Positions 1 to 11,503 of a stretch of DNA of 64,000 nt are shown piece by piece. A model generated the notes under the pieces. The model ran no database searches, had not been told where the DNA came from, and worked only from the letters and a program-made list of their open reading frames with translations. Source of the DNA: an uncultured delta proteobacterium (GTDB taxonomy: Bacteria > Desulfobacterota > WTBG01 > CAIYCZ01); assembly GCA_963803975.1 (NCBI GenBank), contig CAWDOY010000025.1, positions 1 through 64,000 of the forward strand, given 5' to 3'. The translations under genes and the position numbers were made by a program. The first letter of the stretch is position 1. Each line of letters begins with the position of its first letter.

Positions 1-3000
1 ACTGTAATGACAGTGTCGCTGGCGGTAGCCCGTACGATGACCTCAGGTTCCGTCGCTGGCATGAATCCCATAGGTATGGTTTGGACGAGCAGGTACGTGC
101 CGACCTGGATATCATCTAGCCGATAGCTCCCATCGACAGCCGTCAGCGCGGTGGTAAGCACGACCGGATCGCCGGTGCCGCCATCGGCTCCAAAGAGTTG
201 GATGCGAACTGCTGGGATGCCCCCCTCGCCTTCGTCGAGTTGCCGGTTCTGATTCAAGTCGATCCAGACACGCCCAGCGATGGCAGCAGTTGTCGGTGTG
301 CTCGTTTGAGTCGGGGTTATGGCCCATGGCGTGGGCGTCGCGGTCGGCGTTGGCGTGATGGTTGGCGTGGAGCTGATGGCGGGTGGGCTGCTCGTCGCTG
401 TCGGCGTCTCTGTTTGTAGTTTGCGTACTTGGGAGGAGACGTCGTACTCCAGGACACTATTTGCGTGGATAGCGACGGCAACCTTGGCTGGGCTAGTCAA
501 CTCAAAGCCTGCCGGCGGCTGGAATGCGACTCGATAGGTTCCTGGCTTGAGCGTTTCAAATTCATAGACCCCCTGGGCGCCTGTAACGAGCTCCTGGATC
601 GGTTGGCCGGTCATTTCCTTGAGCGTGATGCGCGGTTCGCCAGCGGAATGTCAACGGCCGGATCGAAGCGTCCCCCGCTGCTGTCCCTATCCCAAAAGAC
701 AACACCCTTGACATTCCCCGTGGACGGCGTGGCAGTAGCCGTCGGCGTGGCGGTGGGCGTGACTGTCGGAGTGTGAGTTGGCGTCGGCGTGAGTGTGTAG
801 GTCGAAGTCGCAGTGCTTGTCGGTGTGGTCGTGTCGGTCGGCGTCGACGTGTGCGTCGGTGTCGCTGTCGGTGTGTGGGTGGCGGTCGCCGTTGGGGTAT
901 TCGACGGCGTGGGTGTGTATGTCGCGGTCGCGGTGGGTGTAGGCGTATTCGTCGGCGTGTTGGTCAGTGTTGGGGTGGGGGTGTAGCGGTGCGTGTCGGT
1001 GTATGCGTCGCCGTAGGCGTGCTGGTCGAGGTCGGAGTACGCGTGTTCGTCGCCGTTGATGTGGGCGTTGCACTTCTGGGTAGGTGTGGACGTGCGTGTG
1101 CTCGTCGGCGTAGAGGTCGGGGTGCGTGTGCTGGTCGATGCCGCTGTCGGCGTCCATGTGCTGGTTTTTGTTGGCGAAGGCGTGGCGCTTGCTGTGACCG
1201 TGGACGTGGGCGTATTCGTTGGCGTGTTAGTGCGCGTCGCTGTGGCGCTTGCCGTGGCTGAAGCCGTTGGCGTTGAGCGGTCCCGGTGGTCGTGGCGGTG
1301 TTGGTGGGCGGTTGTTCGCGGAATCGTTGGGGTCGGCAGTAGGAGTGCGCGGCGGTCGGCGTCGATGTCGGGTGCTGATGGGCCGGGCGATGCCGTCGGG
1401 CTGCTTGTCGGCGCGGGCGCAGTACCGATCAGTTGGATCACACCGTAGTTCTCTGGCCCGCCGTAGGTTGTCTGCCCTTCCAGATCAGGTAGGTGTCGCG
1501 GCGGCCTCCGTCGTCATCATCGTTGGCAAGCCCACGGTGAAACTCAACCGCTGGTTTTCAGACAACCATCCGATATGGAGTGCGTGGTCGGCAGGCGCAG
1601 CTCGAACCGCCAGCAACCACCAGTCACCATACGGACTGCTTGGCTTGCGTCGGGCACTGTGCTCTCGCCGAAATCGGTCAGAGTCCCGTCGGACACCAGC
1701 GTGATTTGATGATCGTCTTCCATATATTGAAAAGGCGGTCAGCCAGCCCGTCGATCACCGCCCAGTTCGATGCTATATCGAGCCAGATTTGAGCACCGCT
1801 ATCCCTGACGACGACGTTATCCTGGATGACGCCGGCCATGTACACCAAGGCGTCGGCTCGCTACCCGCACAATAGCGTCGCTGCAAGGTCGGAGGCGGTG
1901 GGTGTAGGGTCGGGTGGGTTAAAGATACTCAGCATTGCCGGCGCTCAGCCCCGAGAGTGACAGCCCCGTCCATTCCGTCAGTTCTCCGTCGAGGACGAAG
2001 CTCGCGGTGAGTGCGTCACACGTCAGTGCCTGAGTGGGCTGCTGTGTTGCTGTGGGCGTAGATGTCGCCGTGGCTGAGGGCGTCGGGGTAGGCGGTGTCG
2101 GTGTCGGAGTGCTCGTTGGCGTGAGGTTTCGTGGTCGTCGCAGTCGTCGTCTTCGTGGGCGTTGCTCCGGCCGGCGTGGGAGTCGGCGTGTTTGCCGGCT
2201 CGACAAAGCCGGAGCGCACCGAGATCGGTGCATCACCGATCGTGCCGCTGCCCGACCAGATGATGCGATCATCGCGGCTGGCGCCATCGTCGTCATCATT
2301 TAGCCCCACGGCGAAGCCGAGTAGCTGACCTTGGACCAGATCGCCGGCGTTGAGCAAGCTTTGCGGAGATAAAGCTCGACGGTGTACACGTTGGTTGCCG
2401 TCATCACGGTCAGGGTCGCTGTGGGAACGGTGTAACCGCCGAGATCAGTGAAGGCGCCGTCGGTCGCGCCGAATTGGTGATCGTTGATTTGGTCCACATC
2501 GAGCCGTCGCGCATGGCATCCAGGCCGAATTCAATGCCATCATCGTGCCAGATAGACGTCGAGTCGCGCAACAGCGTGTCGTCCGTGATCACTGCGGCAA
2601 GGGCGAGATCGTTACCCTGCCACCCGCACCAGATGCGTGCTGAGAGGTCGGCGGCTTCCGGCCCGGGTGGATGGTTGACGTAACCGGCTGTGCTGCTGTC
2701 GAGGGCGATTTCAGGAAAGCCGCCCACTCGCCAACATGCCCGTCCACTGCGAAGTCGGTCGGCAGGCGGGGACAATCGAGCACCCGCGATGGTGGCTGCG
2801 GTGTAGGTGTCGGCCCGGTGGTTGCGTCGTTGTGGCGGTCGGCGTAGACGTAACAGTCGGCGTCGTGTTAGGTCGTGGGCTGCGCGTCGGGCTGGGCCAA
2901 GGTGTCCAGGTTGCGGTCGGGGTGGGGAAGATGCGATCCTGAGAGACGACCTGCACGAAGTGGATCAGCTCATCGCCATCCCCGCGACTCCAGAGCCGAA

Positions 3001-4525
3001 AGTCGCTGCCAGCATATTTCCCCCCGCCGGGCTGGCGGTTAGCGAACTGCGCATCCACGATGTCGAATGCGCGTTTTTTCCAGGTTCCGCTGTTGGTCTT
3101 GCTGACCACTCCGGCGCTTTTCGTAGAACTCGTCGTGCTGTCGTATTGGAGTTCCCAGGTGTCGATCCCTTGATCCAGATAGGTGATAGTAATCGTCACA
3201 TGGTTGACGCCGCCCTTGATATAGCCGTCATCGACGTTGAGATACAGGTAGGGATTGCCGGATGCCTGATCGGTTCGTCGGGTGTAGCGGCCTTCCGGCG
3301 CCGTGCCGATGTTCCAAAGCGGCACCGTTTTACCGCCGGTCACACTGTCGTTCTGGTACAGCCAGAACTGGAAGTTGCCCCATTGCGGAAACCAGGTGTA
3401 CTCGGTCTCGCGCATGGCGACCCAGATACTCGGCGTATTCGTAATCGTGCGATTGACGTGGGCATTGACGAAGCGCAACAAATCCCAGCGCGCCGGATCT
3501 TTTACGAGATCTGTGTCCAACACCATATAGTCCGGATGCTTATCCAGCCCGTTGTAGATGCCCCATGTGGTGGCGGTGAGGCCAGTCATGTTGTGTGTGT
3601 CGTAGCCTTCGAACCCAAGCGGCACCTGGCCGCCCCACTTGATCATCGGATCGAACTGGCCGGTGCCATAGCTGGCGGAGTTTGGATCGTTGATTATGGC
3701 GTCACCGCCATTCTCGGGCCTTAAGCCGCTATGCTTCAAGCCGACCCCGTGCGTCGCCGCGTAATCGCTAATCGCTTTGCGCTCGCGTCGCGAGTTGAAT
3801 GCCGGTGCATATTCGATCAGCAACTGTGTGTCGGGGAAAGCGGCTTTATAGGTGTCGATGACCCACTTGGCGTAGTCGATCCAGATGTCGGTTGTCAACC
3901 CGGCAGCCACCAGGCAGTCATTGTATGCCGCTTCGGCAGGCGCGGTCTCGCCATAGATGCCCACGCCTGCCTCGATGAATCCGATACGCGGGTCACCATT
4001 GTACTTCTGACCGAAGGCCTCGATGAAGCGTCCATACTCCTGTTGATAGCCGGCATCCCAGTATTTGGGAATTGTCATGCCGGCGCACACCAGTTTGGAC
4101 GATGGGAAAACACGATAGACATAATCCGGTACGCCGCTGCCGCCGCAGCACACACCATCGTACACATCCAGGCCGATGCCGATGGCTTTGCCGAGGGCGG
4201 CTTCGTTCGCCATCCACACGTCCAGCCAGCTCCAGTCATAGACTCCCTGAGCGTTCTGCAAGTACTTCCACTGGGGTGTCGCGTGGCCACCAACGATCGG
4301 ATAGATTCTCGGATCGAGGTTTTCGTAGTCGTAGAAAACATAGACCCCAGGCGGACCCGCGTGTGGGCTGTTGATGAGAGAGGCCGGCTGCGCGTCAATC
4401 TGGCGTGCTACAGTCGTGGCACGCCAGATTGACGCGGCAGCGCTCTGAGGCGCTCCCAGGCTCGTCACCAAGATGCCCACAGCCAATAGGCCAGCCAGCG
4501 TCAGCAGTAGGATCAAATTTCGCAT
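1..4525 (-). CDS. Large secreted modular glycoside hydrolase: signal peptide, GH42/DUF4832-like TIM barrel, beta-sandwich, two CBM9-like sugar-binding domains, long Pro/Thr linkers, two SdrD-B-like domains; frameshifted, 3' end beyond the window
   Basis: ORF 2711..4555 (likely start MRNLILLL at 4525) has a hydrophobic signal, GVYDWSWLD and PKYWD...[16 protein letters not shown]. Downstream frames give CBM9-like motifs (VDGHVGEW..., [34 protein letters not shown], twice), TPTPT linkers, and [10 protein letters not shown] / [18 protein letters not shown] SdrD-B-like starts. Confidence 0.7.
700..1300 (-). repeat. Low-complexity Pro/Thr (TPTATPT-like) coding repeat
   Basis: Degenerate gtcggcgt/gtgggcgt units encoding TPTxTPT runs in ORFs 611..1441 and 687..1157. 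Confidence 0.85.
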
Positions 4526-4589
4526 GGATGGAGTCTCGTGGAAGCTCAAGCGCAAGCAAGCTGCCTACCCTGGTTCCCCATACCTCACA

Positions 4590-7042
4590 TTATACAACAC
4601 AAGCATTCCAAGGGAGTAACGAGACTCCTAGGAGGTTGATTATGCAAGCGCCCGACACGTCATCCTTAACTACAGACCGCGCCGTGATCGCGTTTGTGCC
4701 ATCACTCGGTACCAGCAGCGTGCCGAGCGCATCTTCGTGCGCGGCGCCGCCCTCGACCGTGCGCACCGCGGGCACCCACGCAGCAGCACGCGCCACGGCT
4801 GCGTTGCCCCATTCGCTTTGACGCTCAACGACTTGCCCCAGCGCGTCATCTCGATCGTCATGGCGGTCTCGCCCTTGAGCGTCGGCACGCGGCAGGTTAA
4901 GGTTGTGCCATCCTGGATCTCGAAGACGTGGCACGTGACGCCGTCAGCGAAGTCGTAGTCGGGGCGGTCATCGGTCGCGCCCACTGCGATGATCGAGTTG
5001 GGCCGGGCCAGCAGCGGCAGGCTCAGTGTGTCGTGGTGCTCGCGCACCCAGCGGCCGCCCTCGACGACCTGGCCGGTGAGGAAGTGCGTCCAGCGGCCGG
5101 CGGGCAGGTAGAAGTCCACTGTGCCATCCATCGTGAAGACCGGCGCCACCAGCAGGTTCTCGCCTAGCATAGTACTGCCGGTCGAGCGTGTCGCAGCCGG
5201 GATCGTCGGGGAATTCGAGCGGCATGGCGCGCATCATCGGGATGCCCGCGGCATGTGCCTCGCCCGCCGCGGCGAAGAGATAGGGCATCAGCCGGCACTT
5301 GAGCTTGGTGAAGAAGCGCAGCACATGGTCGCCGACGCTGCGGCTCCAGCCGACGCGCCGCCGACTGGTTCATCGTCGTCGAAGAGCCACGGCACACGAT
5401 AGGAGCCGCTACCGTGCAGCCGGGAGTGCGACGAGAGCAGGCCGAACGCGCACCAACGCTTGTACACTTCGGCCGACGCGGTCTGCTCGAAGCCGCCCAT
5501 GTCGTGGCTCCAGAAGCCGAAGCCGGAGAGGCAGAGCGACAGGCCGCCGCGCAGGCTCTCGGCCATCGACTCGAAGGTGGCGGTGGAGTCGCCGCCCCAG
5601 TGCACGGGGAACTGCTGCCCGCCTGCCGTCGCCGAGCGGGCGAAGACGGTCGCTTCGCCGGCCCCCAGCTTCTCCTCCAGCACCTCGAATACGGTCTTGT
5701 TGTACAGGTGCGTGTAGTAGTTGTGCATCTTGAACGGATCGGAGCCATCGTGCCAGACGACATCGGTCGGGATGCGCTCGCCAAAGTCGGTCTTGAAGCA
5801 GTCCACGCCCATGTCGACCAGCGCGGCCAGCTTGTCGCCGAACCAATGGCACGCGTCCGGGTTGGTGAAATCGACCAGCGCCATGCCCGCCTGCCAGCGA
5901 TCCCACTGCCAAACGCTCCCGTCGGGCGCTTGACCAGATAGCCGGCCGCCATCCCCTCATCGAAGAGCGCCGAGCGTTGGGCGATGTAGGGGTTGATCCA
6001 GACGCAGATCTTGCAGCCCGCGCGCCTTGAGCCGGGCCAGCATCGCCGGCGGGATCGGGGAAGCAGCGCCGGTCCCACTCGAAGTTACACCAGTGGAATT
6101 CGCGCATCCAGAAGCAGTCGAAATGGAAGACGTGCAGCGGCAGATCGCGGTCGGCCATGCCCTGGATGAAGCTGGTGACGGTTGCCTCGTCGTAGTTGGT
6201 GGTGAACGAGGTGGAGAGCCACAACCCGAACGACCAGGCGGGCGGCAGCGCTGGTCGTGCCGGTCAGCGCGGTGTAGCGGCTCAGCACCTCTTTCGGCGT
6301 CGGGCCGTAGATCAGGAAGTAGTCGAGCGCTTCGCCGGGCACGCTGAACTGCACGCGCTCGACCTTCTCGGATGCGACCTCGAACGATACCTTTTCGGGA
6401 TGGTTGACGAGCACGCCGTAGCCGCGGTTGGTCAGGTAGAAGGGGATGTTCTTGTAGGCCTGCTCGCTAGCGGTGCCGCCGTCCTCGTTCCACATATCGA
6501 CGACCTGGCCGTTCTTGACGAACGGCGTGAAGCGTTCGCCCAGGCCGTAGACGCACTCGCCGACGCCGAGCGAGAGCTGCTCGACCATGTAGCGGCCGTC
6601 CGGCGCATCCATCATCGCCATGCCGCGCCAGCCACTCGATGTGATGACGCGGTCGCCATCCAAGAACTCGACGCGCCAGTCGGGCCCTTTCGCCACGCGC
6701 ACTGTGAGCCGGCCGCTGGTGAGAGTGCCGCGGCCGCATCATCGGTGATCTGTACTTCTGGCGTCGGCTGCGGCTTGAGCTCGAACGCCGGGCCACGCGG
6801 CCGCCCGCCTTTGTGGTGGACGATCTGCACGCGGATGACGTTCTCCATCGGCGAGGAGAAGCGGACGGTGAGTAGCGGCAGGTTCGAGCGTGTCGCCCGC
6901 GGCCTCGCAGCGGCTTGGTCGCCGCGTAGGCGGTCAGCGCCTTAGCCTCAACCTGATCCTCAACCTCAACCTCATGCGCCTGCACGGCGAAGTGCGGCGT
7001 GATGTCGGGTCGCATGTGCCAGTAGCCGTCGGTGAATTTCAT
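4590..7042 (-). CDS. yicI: Alpha-xylosidase, GH31 (multiple frameshifts)
   Basis: N-terminus [60 protein letters not shown] (nucleophile), [14 protein letters not shown] and SHSRLHG, spread over ORFs 6467..7042, 6085..6702, 5409..6224, 5288..5884, 4968..5324 and 4670..5170. Confidence 0.93.
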
Positions 7043-7309
7043 GGGTGGTTCTCCGTTGGTGAATCATGTTGAGAGGTTTCCCGGTCTGATGAACGGTCGC
7101 GTAGGGTTAGCGAATAGTTCCGGGCCAAGATCGAGGTTGTCCAGGTGGTGTGTCAGCGCGGAATGCCTGGTAGTTGTCCCAGAGATCGGGCCGAGGCATC
7201 GGCCAATCGGGGATAGTGTCAGCGAAGCGGTTACGCGCATGCGTGACGGAGTTGCGTGGGGCCATATGGACACCTCAAGTGTCTGGCGAGTTCGCTGCGG
7301 CGCCGGCCC

Positions 7310-7334
7310 GCCCGGACATCAATGTCCGGGCTAC
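7310..7334 (-). repeat. REP-like palindrome with GTAG foot (GTAGCCCGGACATTGATGTCCGGGC on the minus strand)
   Basis: Perfect stem gcccggacat/atgtccgggc around a 2-nt loop, followed by tac (reverse complement begins GTAG). Confidence 0.65.
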
Positions 7335-8688
7335 CATCTATTACACGTCCGTCCTGTTAGTCCTATCCATCATGCTCTGTTCCTTTTTTTTCTACCGGCT
7401 CAGTCATAATCTGCTCAAGCAGATAGATAAAATACTGAAGGATGAATCCTATGAGTTTCTCAATCTGGCACAACAAAACAATTTTGATCTGCTCCGCACC
7501 TGCCGTATCTTTGATCAGAACAATGCGCACCGGAAATATTATCCGGTCTATATACGCCTGCTTTCTCCGAATAATACTATTTATTATGAATCCAACAGCG
7601 CTGCAAAACTGCTGCGCTCGCCGTTTGCCGCCAATAGAATACCGGTCCTTGAATTAATCAACCTGGGGCGCTCTCATCCGTACCGCTATTACCAGGACAC
7701 CTTCAGCGTGCCCAACGGCACGCAGTACACGCTCCAGGTGGCAGCTGACATTGAGCGGATCAAGTCAACCCTGCGCAATCTGCTGGAAAATATTGCCATC
7801 GTAATCCCGCTGCTTTTTATTTTAAGCGTGGGGTGGGGGCTCTTTTTTTCGCAGAAGTATCGGGCTATCGTGAGCAGTACCGTCGCTATCACCAATCGCA
7901 TCACATCACAGAATCTTCAGGAGCGGCTTCCCGTACCAGCTACAAATGATGAATTCCAGAGTCTCAGCATAACCATTAATTCGATGATTGACCGATTGGA
8001 ACGCTCGTTCAGTGAGATAAAGCAGTTTACCGCTGATGTCTCCCATGAGTTGAGAACCCCCCTGTTTGCTTTGAAAGGGGAACTGGAAATCGCCCTGTCT
8101 CAGAAAAGAAGGGATGAAGAATACCGCGAAGCCATTGCCGAGTCGCTGGAGCGCATCAATTTTCTCATCAAGATGGTCAATGATCTGCTGCTCATCGCCC
8201 GCTTTGACGAGAACAGGATGGACCTTGCTGTGACGCCCCTCAACCTCGGAGAGATAGTGCGTGATCTGCATGACTTTTTCCTGCCCATGGCACAGGAAAA
8301 AAAGCTGCAATTCTCCATTGAACAGTGTGACGATGTGGTGCTGCCCTGTGATAAGACCAGGATTCACCAGCTCTTCAGCAATCTTATCGACAATGCCATC
8401 AAATTTACCATGGAGGGTGGCTCAATCGCACTTTCCCTTGCTGCGGACAACAGGGCAGTGCAGTTTCGTGTCAGGGACACCGGCATCGGCATTCCTGCAG
8501 CAGATATCCCCAATATTTTCAACCGCTTCTACCAGAGCGACAAATCGCGCTCCGGCGCTTCGCGCGGAAGCGGGCTCGGGCTGCATATCTGCAAGCGTAT
8601 CGCGGAAGCGTACCGGGGGAGCGTCCGCGCCGAGAGCAATCAGGGCGCCGGGGTAACCGCTATCGTAACGCTGCCGCTTCACGCGTAA
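7332..8688 (+). CDS. Two-component sensor histidine kinase (CusS/heavy-metal-sensor-like; TM-HAMP-HisKA-HATPase), 5' end missing at the junction
   Basis: TM TIYYTSVLLVLSIMLCSFFF, HAMP, H-box FTADVSHELRTPL, N-box NLIDNAIKF, G-boxes DTGIGI and GSGLGL. The first ~50 codons of ORF 7174 derive from the other segment. Confidence 0.9.
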
Positions 8689-8856
8689 ACGTCAGCGCAG
8701 CATTTTGAGTGCACTGTCAGAGCAGGCCTGCCGTCCGCGTCTTGTTTTAAAATACATTTGTCTTGTCTATTTACCGGTATTGTGACATATTTTTAAACGC
8801 TGTGTTTACTCGCTCACCGGCGCCAGTACTAACAATGCCGCAAGATCAATCTGTAT

Positions 8857-10371
8857 ATGAAAATCCTTTTTATTTACCCGAACCTCTTTGCGCAGGTAGG
8901 ATTCAACTATGGCGTGGCTTTCCTCTCCGCCGTGCTCAAACAGGTCGGCCATGACACGGCCCTTCTGAACATTAACGAAAAGCTGGGCTATCCGCTTGAT
9001 ATGCCCCGCATCATGGATGATGTTCGGGCATTCAATCCTGACCTCATAGCCTTTTCCGCAGTCACCAACCAGTTTCAGTACACGCTGAATATCGCAGCAG
9101 AGATCAAAAAGCATTTTTCCATGCCCCTGGTGTGCGGCGGTATCCACGTTACCATGGCCCCTGCGGAAGTCATGGCCACGGGCCTTTTTGAAGCCGTGTT
9201 TATCGGTGAAAGCGAGTACGCCCTGCGGGATTATGTCAGGGCCCTCGCAGCACAGCAGGACCCGTCCTCCACGCCAAATACCTGGCAGAGAAAAGGTGCT
9301 GCTATCATAAAAAACCCGGTGAGCCCCTTCCCTGCTCTTGAGACGCTGCCCTTTAAAGATTACGGGATATTTGATTTCCAGAAAATGATAGATGCCAAGG
9401 GCGGGTGGGTCGGACTCATGGCGTCGCGCGGCTGTCCCTTCAGATGCACCTACTGCTTCAATCACCAGATCATTGAGCGTTATAAAACCGACCTGCAGGT
9501 CCCTGCCGCGCAGCTCAACTATATCCGTCACCATCCGGTGAAGGATGTCATCAGCGAGATTGTCTATTTGCAGAAGCATTACCAGAACATCCGCATGTAT
9601 ATCTTTGATGATGACCTTTTTACCTTTGACGAGGAGTACGTGAAAGAATTCTGCACCGAATACCGGAAGGTGACATCGCTGCCGTTTGTGGCCAACGCGC
9701 ACGTGCAGGTCTTCACTCCTGAGATAGCCCGCTGCCTGAAGGAGGCGGGGTGCAGGATTGTAAAGTTCGGCATTGAGAGCGGCAGCGAGCGCATACGAAA
9801 AAAGGTGATGAACCGTGCCATGTCCAATGACACCATCAAAAAAGCCTTCGCTACGGCGCATGAGGCCGGCCTTCACTCCTCGGCCTTTGTCATGTTCGGC
9901 CTTCCCTATGAGACCAGGGAAGATATCATGGAGACCATACAGCTTCTTGCTGACATCCGTCCCGGCCGCTTCCGCTGGGCAATCTTTTTCCCGTTTCCCA
10001 ATACAGCGGCCTATGAGATGAGCAGGCAGGGAGGTTTTATTGATTTCAACAGGATGGACAGCCTCAACAATTTCACCGAGGAGTCGTGCCTGGACTTCGG
10101 CCCGGAGCAGAACCTCTGGATTCAGAAGCTGCAGAAAATATTTCCCTGGCAGGTAAATGCGCACGCGCCCTTTCCCGCGGCGCATGAGTACCGGGAAATG
10201 ATCCGGCAGATTGAGACGCTTCCGTCGGAAGAGTGGGAGAAGGTGCAGAACAACATCCTTGCCATGGACCGGGAAGCAGCGACGCGTCTTGCCGCGGCAG
10301 GCCGGGAGCACTACGCGATACGCTTCAACCCGTTTATGGCAGTGCACAGCGACTGGAATGAGAATGAGTGA
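8857..10371 (+). CDS. B12-binding-domain radical SAM protein
   Basis: N-terminal cobalamin-binding-like domain (GGIHVT, IGESE), CxxxCxxC in SRGCPFRCTYC, DDDLF, GIESGSERI, GLPYET. Confidence 0.9.
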   Translation: MKILFIYPNLFAQVGFNYGVAFLSAVLKQVGHDTALLNINEKLGYPLDMPRIMDDVRAFNPDLIAFSAVTNQFQYTLNIAAEIKKHFSMPLVCGGIHVTMAPAEVMATGLFEAVFIGESEYALRDYVRALAAQQDPSSTPNTWQRKGAAIIKNPVSPFPALETLPFKDYGIFDFQKMIDAKGGWVGLMASRGCPFRCTYCFNHQIIERYKTDLQVPAAQLNYIRHHPVKDVISEIVYLQKHYQNIRMYIFDDDLFTFDEEYVKEFCTEYRKVTSLPFVANAHVQVFTPEIARCLKEAGCRIVKFGIESGSERIRKKVMNRAMSNDTIKKAFATAHEAGLHSSAFVMFGLPYETREDIMETIQLLADIRPGRFRWAIFFPFPNTAAYEMSRQGGFIDFNRMDSLNNFTEESCLDFGPEQNLWIQKLQKIFPWQVNAHAPFPAAHEYREMIRQIETLPSEEWEKVQNNILAMDREAATRLAAAGREHYAIRFNPFMAVHSDWNENE

Positions 10372-11437
10372 GATACGGCCGCAAAGAATTGTCGTCAGGT
10401 GCCCGAACTGGGTGGGTGATCTGGTGATGTGCACGCCGGCCCTGCGCAGCTTGCGGCAGCACTTTACCAGCGCACATATCAGCGTCATGATAAAGCCCTC
10501 ACTCAGGCCGGTGATAGAACACCTCCCCTTCGTTGATGAGATTATCGAGTATGAGCCCAAGGGACGGGACCGGGGCTGTAAAAAATTATGTCTCTTTTAT
10601 CGGACAGCTGAGTCGAAACAGCGGTTTGATCTGGGAATTCTCATGCCCCACTCCTTCAGCTCGGCGCTGGTATTTTTCTTGGCAGCGCTGCCTGAACGGG
10701 TTGGGTACAACAGAAATGCCCGTGGCTGGATGCTTACCCGAAAGGTTGCGCCGTTCACAGAGCAGGGAAAAATAGTCCCGGTAAACATGGTCAGGCTGTA
10801 CCTTGAGCTTGTTAAAAATCTCGGCTGCTCTGTTGAAGACAGTCGCGTTGAGCTTAAGACCTCAGCTTCAGCGGAACAGTGGGCGGATTCTTTTTATTCC
10901 GAGCATGGCATAGCGACCAAAGACATCACGGTCGTTATGATACCGGGTGCTACCTTCGGCTCTTCCAAGTGCTGGAAGGACAGCTCTTTTGCGGAGGTGG
11001 CTGACGCGCTTATCAGTGAATACAGGGCGCGCGTCTTTATAGTGCCCGGCCCCGGTGAAGCTGATATCGCTCAAAGTATCAGAAATAAAATGAAGCAACC
11101 ATCTGTTGATATGGGCCGCGGGATACTCCCCCTTGACCGGCTGATGGCCCTCATCCGCCGCTCTTCCCTGCTGATAACTAATGATACCGGCCCCCGCCAT
11201 TTTGGAGTTGCCTTCAACAAGCCGGTTATCGTCCTGATGGGGCCCACCGATCCACGCTACACTGATTACGGGCTCGATAAAACCGTTATCCTGCACGGCG
11301 ACGCGGATTGCGCTCCATGCCACCTTAAAACGTGTCCGGTCGATCACCGCTGCATGACAATGATTACGCCACAGAAAGTCTTGACAGCCGCTCGTGAAAT
11401 GATAAAAAAGTATAAACTCATAGGACAGAGTTTATAA
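10364..11437 (+). CDS. waaF: Lipopolysaccharide heptosyltransferase II (GT9)
   Basis: PNWVGDLVM, PHSFSSA, PGATFGSSKCW, TNDTGPRH, GPTDP, CAPC..CP..HRCM. Confidence 0.9.
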   Translation: MSEIRPQRIVVRCPNWVGDLVMCTPALRSLRQHFTSAHISVMIKPSLRPVIEHLPFVDEIIEYEPKGRDRGCKKLCLFYRTAESKQRFDLGILMPHSFSSALVFFLAALPERVGYNRNARGWMLTRKVAPFTEQGKIVPVNMVRLYLELVKNLGCSVEDSRVELKTSASAEQWADSFYSEHGIATKDITVVMIPGATFGSSKCWKDSSFAEVADALISEYRARVFIVPGPGEADIAQSIRNKMKQPSVDMGRGILPLDRLMALIRRSSLLITNDTGPRHFGVAFNKPVIVLMGPTDPRYTDYGLDKTVILHGDADCAPCHLKTCPVDHRCMTMITPQKVLTAAREMIKKYKLIGQSL

Positions 11438-11503
11438 GTACGTTTAATTACGATACCCTTGAACCCTCGGCCACTTGAATCCTCGACCCCTTAAAGGTTT
11501 TTT

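Noticed and set aside
700..1400. Repetitive gtcggcgt tract as a CRISPR array or VNTR
   Set aside because: Degenerate, codon-phased Pro/Thr linker with no constant repeat-spacer structure.
7064..7273. Small minus-strand ORF upstream of yicI
   Set aside because: No recognisable family; cannot be supported.
7174..7331. N-terminal extension of the kinase ORF
   Set aside because: Fortuitous open frame running through the REP and the other segment; not kinase-like.
8806..10560. Long antisense ORFs (8806..10560, also 2807..3724, 24494..25633 and similar)
   Set aside because: Shadow frames opposite well-supported genes.
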